DNA of 64,000 nt. Source: Mytilus edulis. Lineage: Eukaryota. Positions 54,201 through 64,000 of the stretch are shown here, in pieces. Made by a program: the position numbers and the translations under genes. The stretch lies in assembly GCF_963676685.1 (NCBI RefSeq), contig NC_092351.1, forward strand, positions 45,198,001-45,262,000. Direction: 5' to 3'. The notes under the pieces are model-generated. The model was not told where the DNA came from. It did no database searches and worked only from the letters and a program-made list of their open reading frames with translations. The stretch's first letter is position 1. Each line of letters opens with the position of its first letter.

Positions 54201-57200
54201 AAGACATTAAATGGAATAAAAAGTAAGTGGATAACCTTGTATCCTGTCGTCCCTGTTACCTACAAATAATAACAACTATCTCATTAACATTGAGATAATT
54301 AATATCTACATTCAGCTGTTTTGCAATAAAACAATAGAAACATACCGTGTTTGTATGCCATTCTGGTGAATATGAATGCTAACTGTAACAATGACGATAA
54401 TTCATTCTACAGCGAAATTTAAAAGCCGAACAAATAATTTCGATATGTAGTGGAAAACGATCTAGAGCTTACACACAGCTAAATTAGTTGATTTACAATA
54501 AACTCTAAGTATATACTTGTACAATTCCAGGAATAAATTTTCACAAGGAAATTAACTATACTTTTGCTCTAACTTATAAGGATTAATATTTAGTGATTTA
54601 AGATTTCAAGTGCCTCAAATTTGTGAACCACATTTTAAAATAGGCATAAATTATTTGATAGAAATATGAAGATTTGTGTCAATATTTGTCATGATACTAC
54701 CAAAAACACCTTTTAGTTACATAACAAAATCAATTTCACCTCAACATTCTCCCATCTGTTTTTTAGACTCTATAAATTTTAATAAGTTGACTAGTAATGT
54801 AGTACGAAATGTTGACGGTACACGCATGAACAGTTTATTAACATAAACTATTAACCATTAAATTTTCATACCGTCATACCGTCTTGTTACAGATATTGGA
54901 AGGCAAGTCTTTTTTCATATTTTATAATATTGCTTTAATTTGATATATATGCTTGTCCATGTCTATGCTTGTGAATCAAAGTTTGAAAGTCAAATCATGT
55001 TTATCGATCTAAAATGGATCTTTTATTAACCTTGTCTATTTTGCAGGGAAATTCAAATGGTTAATATCAAGACAGGGTTATCTTTATTTAATTCATCATG
55101 TATGTTTGATAAAGTTTATATGCGACGACGATGGTATTTCAATATCCATAACGATTTTTTCTCCTAAAATATCAAAAAGTTATATCAAGAAGAATTCGTT
55201 GCAGCATCCTGGTTTCTAGTTAAGTGTGTTGTTGCATTTTGCTATAGTTTTGGTTTAACTATTTTTTTGATAATGTGCTGTTTCTTATGAACGTAAAACT
55301 ATAGAAAATTACCTTTCTTTTCTTGTTTTCACACTAGAATTATAGTAATGATGTGATATGATGGAATGCGTTGCAAGACCTGTAATAAAGTGTCAGATTG
55401 TTATAACTTACTATGTAACAACATTCAGGTTCCAAACTACAATTGGTCAAACTCATAAAGGGTAGCGATTAAAATCTTTCAATTACTTATTCGAATATTA
55501 AATTTATGTGATTGACTATCAAAAATTATGACATACTATTTTGTTCATTAAGGTTGCAGAATGTTACATCGAAGTTTGTATTAATTCAACTAATAATTAA
55601 TTTCTATTGTTCAAATTAGATTTACTATAATGTCTGACTTGGATATAGAAATAGGGTCATCCATCGCATCTCTACAGTCGGTCAGTAAAACATTGCTGAC
55701 GATGTTGGGCGTTGGTGTGGCTTGGTGTTTCTTTAAATACGCAACCACGTACGATTGGAATTGGGACTTTTAATCTGTACCTCGTTTGGAGAGAGTGACA
55801 CACTATCTCCACGTTAGAGAAATCTTACAACAACTTCGAAGGGGTCTGTAAGATACTTTTTGCATGGTGTAAATTCTGCCCATTATCCGATCCCTTGACC
55901 GTCAAAATTCTTGCCATGTCCCCATTGTAAAAAGGGCATTGAAAATATATCTCGGTTTCACAAAGGGATTTAGTTTTAACTGATTTAAATAAAAGTTTAT
56001 TATAAACTGATACAATATTTTCTTCCAAGAAGATGGTGTATGATTGCCAATGAGACAAACCTCCTCCAGATACACACGATAGTGGAATGAAGCAACTACA
56101 TTCCGCACTAGAGGTTATCGTACGACCGTCAACAATGATGAAATCCCATATCACATAGGAAGCTATACACGGTCCAGGCATGACAAAAGTGGAATATTCG
56201 AACGAGATAACAAACGGTCTAAGTTATGCTTAAACACTGAACGAAAATAAAATATGGCATCCGACAACGATTACTATATCACAGGCTCCTGACTGCCGGC
56301 AGTCACAACATGATTGGGTAGGGTTATACATGTTTGTAAGTTCTCAAAACTTCCATCTCAACCTAATACTGTGGTGTAACAGCACAACATAAGAACAAAC
56401 TGTAAAAATCATTTATAAAGGATTTCTTTTTCATTAGATTGGAGAAAAACATAAAAAGTAGGATGTTACCGATCTAAGAGTACTCCCAATTACAGAAAGC
56501 TATTTAGAAACAAATAACGATTACTACATAAATCAGGTGTCCCAACATATGTCTATCTGAATAATTTATGCAAGCTTCTATTCATTGCTGTATCTCTTTC
56601 AAATAAAATACCAAAACAGTGCAATATTTTCAATTCAATGGGTCCCAAATGTAACGTCATTAGGACGTGACTTCATATATCAAATGACGTCATTATTGGT
56701 CATGTTGTCACTTTTTAAAATAAACGGCAGTAAGAGGTTGAGCATTCCTGTGATTTCATTCAAACATTGATCAAAAACTGGTATTTCATTCTCTCTGATT
56801 AAAACAAAACCGGCACACATTGTTGTCGATGGTTGCTGTGTGCCGCATTCGTTTTTCGTTTATTTGTTTATAGCACTCATAAGCTGGTTTTGATTTTTGT
56901 ATTGTTTCACATTTGGTCATACATGGGGCTTTTATTACACGGTACGGATAGTACCAATTGTTGAAAGCCGTGTGGTGACATATAGTTGCTTACATTCTAG
57001 TACTTTGGTCTCTGGTTGATTGATGTCTCAATGTTAATTATACTTAAACACCTACATCTACAAATTCAACAAATATTTTACTGACAAAGTAAGATTGCGA
57101 ATATAATAAAGCAACTGTTCAAGAAGTTGCTACAATAACATTTTAACCTTTACTTATCAGTGAAAAGTGAATGGTGCAAACTGAATAGCAGTAGAATGTT

Positions 57201-57557
57201 TATTTCTGTTTGTTGTTATAAAAAAAGCTAAACGCGCTAAAGTGATCACAAACGTAAGCAGCATATTTCAATTGTGTCACTAATTTGTGTAATATTATTA
57301 TAAAAATGAAAATGGGTACCCATCGCAATTGGGACTGTTTATGTTATTATAACCCCGTAGAGTATACAATTAAAATTGCAATTGTTCTGAAGTGCAAAAC
57401 CTACAGCAAATTATTCCGAAGATGAAAAATTCATTCGTTCTATTATTGAGTGTGTCAAAAGCCATCATCGTCCCACATTTTTAAAACTTTACTTTGTGTA
57501 CTGTAGGCATTCAATTCTAATCAGTGATAAATCCTTTTTGTTCTTTTCTTTTTGCAG

Positions 57558-57610
57558 GATAACATGTAACTGGGTGGGTGGCAGTTCCAGTACTAACAGT
57601 TCGCAGTATC
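57558..57610 (+). other. Candidate upstream exon of the SLC6 gene (paralogous copies at 33755-33915 and 45579-45739)
   Basis: Long polypyrimidine tract + CAG acceptor and C|GTAAGA donor; the open frame ITCNWVGGSSSTNSSQY ends in phase 1, compatible with the acceptor at 62241. Confidence 0.45.
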
Positions 57611-58282
57611 GTAAGATACTCAGATACTATATTATGTTCTCCTTATTTTTACTTCTTTTTAGTTCATTTTCCGTCATTTTATGAGATGATCTACAATAAG
57701 AAACGTTCAAAGGTTGTTAAATGTTCATTTAAAAAAGCAAAATACTGCCTTTCATTATTTCAAAGGAGCAACTCATCCTTCAAGATCTTTCATGCGTAAC
57801 TGAAAACATCAGTTAATGGAGTATAACCGCCATATATCATGTATATGAATCCAAATAAGATGGTTAATGTAGCATGAAACATAATTTACGAAAAATATTT
57901 TTTTAAAATCGACTATGAATTATTATATAAAACGTAGTAAATCGGATATGCTTGTCAATGATACAATGAAAGAAATGTATGTAGGTCACCGTCTTTCAGC
58001 TATAAGTAGAACCCATACAGTATATTAAGCTATAAATTGTGTACATGTACTTGTTTTGCTATTATCAGATTCTACATACAAGTAATGAACGAATTTACGT
58101 TTGTTAAAGATACTTTTACAGATAGGTTTACGATTAAAATATCAATAAAGATTATATGATAGACATAGTAGTTTGCAATTTTGTCTCATGATGAAGAAGA
58201 AGTTTATGTTTCGGGTCTTTGAATCTGAGTTATTTTGCATTTAAAAATGTCAACTGGAATCAATACCGTAATGGTCTTTATA

Positions 58283-58893
58283 CTGCACTCGTTCTATTTG
58301 AGCAGTCAAAATGCGTTGACCGTATATTTCTATGTCATATACAGTCACTGACCTGATATCACTTTTCCTCATGAATATTTAATTAGAAATTATAATTATA
58401 ATTAATTATTCATACGACCTATTCAACCTGTTCTTGTTTCCAATGTATACAACTACTTAAACTTATTTCTTTTGCAATTTTTAGAAAAATAACATATTTC
58501 ACTTGTTTTAAATATTTTTGGTTTGCAAACTATAAATTATTATGTTTTATGGTTATTGCTGATATTTTAGTTCACTCTCAAACAAATTCGTTCACCATGT
58601 ACATTTCATCGTGTTGTATATTTCACCGCCTGCATGATATGAGGCCTTTTTATAAAAGGGAGAAGTTTCCAATATTTAAGCAAAAAATAACATTATCACA
58701 TTAAACAACAATTGAAAATGTTTTTTTTTAGATTGCAGTATAAAGACAATAATAGTGCATTGACTTGACATATCAACGATATAAGGATTCGGCCCGAAAC
58801 GGTGAAAAAGCTCGGCACAGCCTCGCATTTCCCCGTTTCTAAGCCTCATCCTTATATCGTTGATATGTCAAGTCAATGCACTATTATTGTCTA
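58283..58893. mobile_element. Hairpin-terminated insertion flanked by a 6-bp direct repeat TTTATA (Crypton-like, inferred)
   Basis: Perfect 45-bp stem 58744-58788 / 58848-58892; absent from the paralogous site ggcctttataacat at about 34450 and 46272. Confidence 0.75.
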
Positions 58894-59624
58894 TTTATAA
58901 CATATTTGCTCTCTAATTCAGTATTCGTTAATGGAAGCTGTAACGTATGAAATTAATTAAGAAGACTTTTGTACAGAATAAAATTGAGAAAAACACACAA
59001 ATTCTTACTAGAACATAACTGTGAGTAGAACTCGCATATCTATACTAAAAAAGATATGTTTGCAGAACTCACAGATTCAAATTACCGCTCCCCATGTTGG
59101 AAAAGCCGTTAACTGTTTTACGAGCAAAATGTATATAAAATGCAAACACAAAATTGTTTATATATATGGCTAAGTACATGATGGACCCTTGGAAATCTCA
59201 AAAATAATTTAGACCTTAATGTATAATGTCCGACGTACAATTTCGTAATGTATTAAAATTGTTCTTATTTTACAATTTTACAGTTAAATAAAACGATTTA
59301 TACTGAAAGAGTTGTTGATTAAAGTGTCATCAGATGTGTCTAATTTATTTCAGATTTTGTTATGACCAAGTTTTTCTAAAGGAAACCCTCAAACAAAACA
59401 ATAAGATACATTATATAAAAACATTATAAAGAAAGTTCGAATGCAATACGGGTTGGCAGATTGTGAAAACGTTTCAGAACAATTCGGTTATGAAGTACTC
59501 AAAGGAACAGCGATGAAATCCAGGTATTCGAAAAAGTCTTCTCAAAATTATGTCAATAAGGAAAACAATTGCTTTTTTCAATGCAATACAACAGATTGTG
59601 TAAACATTTCAGCACAATCCGGTC

Positions 59625-62157
59625 ATTTCAACCAAAGTTGAAAAACTGGATCGTCCATCACTGTATTGGATATGTTCCGGACCATATGAGATATGAGTAT
59701 TTGGACCATACGCGTATGGTCATGACCATATGGGTATATACTCATATGGTCCGACCATACGCGTATGGTCCGACCGTACGCGTATGGGCGGGGTAATTAA
59801 CATTCTGCTGTAGTTGACTTTTAATTCTTCTAAACTCTTCAGATGGTATGGCCGTTTATTAAAAAGACGCTATCATATAGGTAATGTTTTTAGTATATTA
59901 TAATAAAAAAAATAAGCTAAATAAAAATAAGAAGTTTCATATAGTTAATTTTACTTAATTGTCAAATTGTACACATTTTATACCGATGGTCATTACCGAT
60001 GATCATTACCGATTTGTTATTACGAGTGAATGGTAATATGTCGACTAAAAATTAAATTCCAAAATATTCTTAGTGAACTGTTACACAAGAAGTCACTGGA
60101 AAGTAACATAGTTTATTTAAGTTGTCTTGTGAATATGGTGTATTGCAGTTACTTTACGATATTTGAGATCTAGAGCTTCTTAAAAACACCGTAGACATCA
60201 GAATAGCCAAAGATCTCGGTATCACTGTACACAGCTGCAAAAAGGCTAGCTTTTCACTACTAAACAAACGTTGTAAATGAAAAGGATCGTGCATGCACAA
60301 ATTTTTTGCGAATGCATAAAATATATGATACCTTGTGGAAGTGAATGTCACCCCAAGCCTACATACAAGAATGTAACTAGTGATGAAAACTATGGCATCA
60401 ATATTTAATTTTTACGTAGTTTTTGGATTATAAAATTAATAAATTGTCATGTAACTATCACTTTTTGTTTAGATATTTTTTTTTTGTATTAATAAAACGT
60501 TTATAATGTAATTTGAAAAAAGAAAATACCTATATGGTCCAAATACTCATATGGTCCGGCCCGTTAATAACTAAATGAGTATTATACTCATATGGTCCGA
60601 CCATACGCGTACGGTCGGACCATACGTGTATGGTCGGACCATATGAGTATATGCATATGGTCATGACCATACGCGTATGGTCCAAATACTCATATGGTCC
60701 GGAACAGATACATAAACTACATAAGTGTCCGTACAAACAACGGTTTATTGCTGGGTCTTCAAAGTCCTCAATGAAACTTCTGTTTAAATTATTAACATCA
60801 ATTTTATAAGTAATCAAAGCCGGGTTTCAAAGTTATTTTTTTACTACCTATGCTAGAGGTGGCGTGAATCAGATGTGGATACTGAAAATTCCAAAGATTT
60901 TTTAGAGTGCATACAATCTAAGACTCTTTCATCTTGCAAAAGTATTAAAACATTTGACTTTTCTACACTTTACACAGGCATTCCACATTCCAAACTAAAA
61001 GACAAACTGAAAGACTTGGTCCTGCTTTGTTTCATAAAAAATAATGGCAAACGTTGATATGAGTATCTAGTCTAAGGGAGGGATAAATCCTACTTTGTAA
61101 AAAAATAATTTAGTTTAAACAAAAAAAAAATTTCTGGAACTGACATCATCAAGATGCTTGATTTCATGATTGACAACATATTTGTTACAGTTGGAGGACG
61201 TGTATTCAACAAACAATGGCATTCCCGTGGGAACAAACTGTGCCCCTCTTCTTGCCGACTTGTTCCTTTAATCATATGAGGCTGAATTTAGTCAGCAACT
61301 GCTTTGGAAGAAAGAAAACGAGTTGGCTGTATCCTTTAACTTTACTTTCCGCTATGAAGATGGTGTTCTCTCACTAAATAATTCAAAATTTGGTGACAAT
61401 GTTGAACACATCTATCCAATCAAACTTCAGATCAAGGAAACAATTAACAGATACAGTTATATCTGCCTCATATCTTGACTTATATTTATGATGAGGGTTG
61501 GTTAAAAACAAAACTTTACGACAAAAGAGATGATTTCAGCTTGCCAATTGTGAACTCTCTATTTTTATGTAGCAACATTCCAGCAGCACCTGCATACGGA
61601 GCATATGTCTCCCAGTTGACATGATATTCCAGGGCTTGTATTTCCTATCATGATTTCCTTGATAGAGAGTTGTTGCTCATCAGGAACCTATCAAACCAAG
61701 AGTTGAAAGTGGAAAAGTTGAAATCATTCCTTCGTAAGTTTTAAGGACGCAATGACGAGCTGGTTGACCGTTATGGAATATCCATTTCACAGATGATAGC
61801 GAATATGTACCTAATGTCGTAGCTATAATCCCGTCACTTTTCCCGAATGTGACCTACCAAATTAGACTTATTACCGGGTTTGTACTAACATAGGGAACAC
61901 AGTGGGTGTCACATGTGGAGCAGGATCTAAATACCCTTCCGGGGCACTGAGATTACCCGTAGTTGGTTTTTTTATTGGGAGGGGGGGGGGGGGGGGGGGT
62001 TTGGGTTCATGTTGCTAAGTCTTTAGTTTTTTATGTTGAATTTTGTGTTCCATTGTTTGTATATTGATGTTTTTTTTTCTTTTTTAGCCATGGCTTTGTC
62101 AGTTTAATTTCGACTTATGAGTTTGAATATCCCTCTGGTATCTTTCGCCTCTCCTTT
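59625..62157 (+). mobile_element. Penelope-like RT relic, copy 3, with full 3' end and a nested MITE
   Basis: Same 5' truncation point as copies 1 and 2; keeps the 3' end (...ggtatctttcgcctctccttt) and a G19 tract at 61981-61999; ends about 85 bp before the SLC6 acceptor. Confidence 0.85.
59673..60706. mobile_element. Non-autonomous TIR element with TGT...ACA termini and 4-bp TSD GATA (Ginger-like)
   Basis: TGTTCCGGACCATATGAG / CTCATATGGTCCGGAACA ends; about 110-bp TIRs built from GACCATACGCGTATGGTC palindromes; GATA at 59669-72 and 60707-10; empty site visible in copies 1 and 2 (ggatacataaac at about 35219). Confidence 0.88.
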
Positions 62158-62246
62158 CAAACTGTTTTGATTATGAATGATTAAAAAAGTTACGAAGTAT
62201 TTTTTTTGTATTATAATAACTTTTTTTATTTTTTCAATTAGTGAAA

Positions 62247-62397
62247 ATGAAAAATGAAAGCAACGACAGCACGCGAAGTACTTCCGAAAGGGGAAAATGG
62301 AATAACAAAATAGAGTATTGTTTGTCGATTATTGGTTACTTGGTTGGATTAGGTAACCTGTGGCGTTTTCCTTACATCTGTATGAGAAATGGAGGAG
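62247..62397 (+). CDS. First recognisable coding exon of an SLC6 (neurotransmitter:sodium symporter) family transporter; no further exon recognised in the window
   Basis: [38 protein letters not shown] contains the NSS TM1 signature (RxxW...GxGNxWRFPY...NGGG); donor G|GTAAGA at 62398; acceptor ttttcaattag ends at 62241, 5 nt before the ATG. Confidence 0.93.
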
Positions 62398-62715
62398 GTA
62401 AGATCTGGAGAACTTTTTGTCCGAGATGGGATTAGGTAACCTCTGGCGTTTCCCTTATTTATATGATAACTGGAGGAGGTATTATCTAGAATAGTGTTTG
62501 TCCATGGTAGGATTATGTAACCTCTTGCATTTTCCTTATTTATATAATAAATTGAGGCAGGATCTGAGTACTGTTTGTCCATGGTGAGATTAGGTAACCT
62601 CTGGCATTTTCCATACATCTGTATGAGAAATGGGGGAGGTAAGATCTAGATAACTGTTTGACCATTGTAGGATTAGGTAACCTTTGGTCTTTTCTTTACA
62701 CATATGTGAGAAATA
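62346..62715 (+). repeat. ~80-bp minisatellite (4 units plus a partial) derived from the SLC6 exon 3' end and splice donor
   Basis: gatta(g/t)gtaacct units start at 62346, 62429, 62510, 62587 and 62670. Confidence 0.9.
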
Positions 62716-62770
62716 CTCAATCTATTACTCTTTTATTTCAGATAAGGAGGCATTTGAAAAAAATAACTCG

Positions 62771-63322
62771 CTTCCGGTAAAATCCAAAATGGCGGACATT
62801 ATACTTAAATCAGCCCAATATCGAAGGCTAGTATGTGAAAAGGTGTTAATATCATGCTACTAACAGAATATTTGGTACCAACCTTTGTTATATACTACTT
62901 TTGGATATATGATATAGATAAGATGTCTTCAAAAACCTTACTTCCGGTAAAATCCAACATGGCGGACATAGTACTAGAATAAACTTATTTTTAGGGAGGG
63001 TAGTTGAAATGTGTTTTATTGTATTGCTACTATCATTACATTGTGCAGGAACCTTTCTTTTGTGCTTCTCTTGGATACAATGTATAAGACATATCTCTTT
63101 AAAAGCCTTACTTCCGGTAATATCCAAAATGGCGGACATAGAAATATCAATTTTCTATTTTAATATTCAACTTTTTTCAAAATGTAAAGAAAATGTTTTT
63201 TGTTGTTGTTCTTTTTTGCTTGTCATTAAACTTTTGGCTTCTAGTTATCCTCAAAACCACTAATTTTATTCTGTAGGAAATTTTTAAATAACACTTCCTG
63301 TAAAAAAAAACCAATATGGCGT
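62771..63322 (+). repeat. ~170-bp periodic repeat with core CTTCCGGTAAAATCCAAAATGGCGGACAT
   Basis: Cores at 62771, 62941 and 63111, degenerate one at about 63293. Confidence 0.8.
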
Positions 63323-63522
63323 AAATTTCAAGAAATGAGTCCTCAATCCATATCTTTGATTAAAAGTTTTATATAGATTGATTAAAACAAAACAAAATTA
63401 CTAAAGTACTTAAACATTACTACTATTTGGCTTAAAATACATGTTTATTCACAGTCACCACCACGTGCATACAAAGCAGTGCACGGGAGACCCGATTTTC
63501 CACATTTAAAACGACCGCGACA

Positions 63523-64000
63523 TCTATATCTGTATCTGTATCTGTATGAATACTTTGACGAAACCAATTCTGGCTTTAATATGACGGTTTGAGAGAGCGC
63601 CGCCGATTTATTGACAAGGCGCAAGAGCAGATTTGACCCTCTCTATTCTTCGAACTTCTTGGCAGTTATGTTTTTCTTAGGACGTGCTTTTTTGAGAAAT
63701 TCGTCTGGTTCAATAGTGGGAATCAGCCCCTAAACCACTTTGTACATAAATATCAATTTCTAGCTTGTTCGTCTTGCAATTATCTTGAGGTCTTGCAGTT
63801 CCAGTTGGGCAAGCATATTGGAGACACACCCGTCCTCTTTTGACCTATAATCTATGGTGATAAATCTTGCCCCTTGACGTTGTATCCTTTGTAGCTTATT
63901 CATGTTTGTTACCGTGTAGGGGTCCCGTACTATGGCTCCATATTCCATCGTTGATCTGACGGGCTAGATGTAAGCTGTTTTTTGCAATCTTGTGGGCAGT
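63523..64000 (-). mobile_element. 3' end of a non-LTR retrotransposon (LINE) with a (TACAGA)n tail
   Basis: AY...VRSTMEYGAIVRDPY...KLQRIQRQGARFIT is the typical post-RT motif; atctgt repeats at 63523-63547 mark the 3' tail. Confidence 0.8.

Larger units (their letters stand above)
29186..61961. repeat. Tandem segmental array, period about 11.82 kb (two near-identical periods plus diverged partial flanking copies)
   Basis: ORF pairs offset by 11823-11825 (33762/45586, 34885/46708, 38715/50538, 44000/55825); 29186-32940 is homologous to 41667-44760; 56585-61961 is homologous to 32940-36468. Confidence 0.95.

Noticed and set aside
59676-59790. Palindromic short repeats resembling a CRISPR array
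   Set aside because: No unique spacers; the repeats form the TIR of a MITE mirrored at 60590-60706; eukaryotic context with no cas genes

Overview
AT-rich eukaryotic DNA with spliced genes and dense repeats; the repeat families and gene types look like a bivalve mollusc, probably Mytilus (inference). Two genes are supported. The first is a complete 3-exon minus-strand gene (12963-18587, 250 aa) for a secreted protein with a signal peptide, a coiled coil and a short-chain-collagen-C4-like domain. The second is the first recognisable coding exon of an SLC6/NSS sodium-dependent transporter (62247-62397, +). The rest is nested mobile DNA: decayed Penelope-like (probably Naiad-type) RT elements, LINE fragments, Helitron/Helentron derivatives, TGT...ACA MITEs with 4-bp TSDs and several long-hairpin elements. 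Highlights: (1) a 352-nt hammerhead-ribozyme retrozyme at 23012-23408 that also carries a spacing-matched hammerhead-like motif on the opposite strand; (2) an ~11.8-kb tandem array (about 29.2-62.0 kb) upstream of the SLC6 exon, with a chimeric middle copy and a 43-bp inverted templated insertion at its junction; (3) a candidate upstream exon, present three times in that array, that would splice in frame to SLC6; (4) an ~80-bp minisatellite built from the SLC6 exon end and its splice donor. Most short ORFs in the track are repeat-derived noise.
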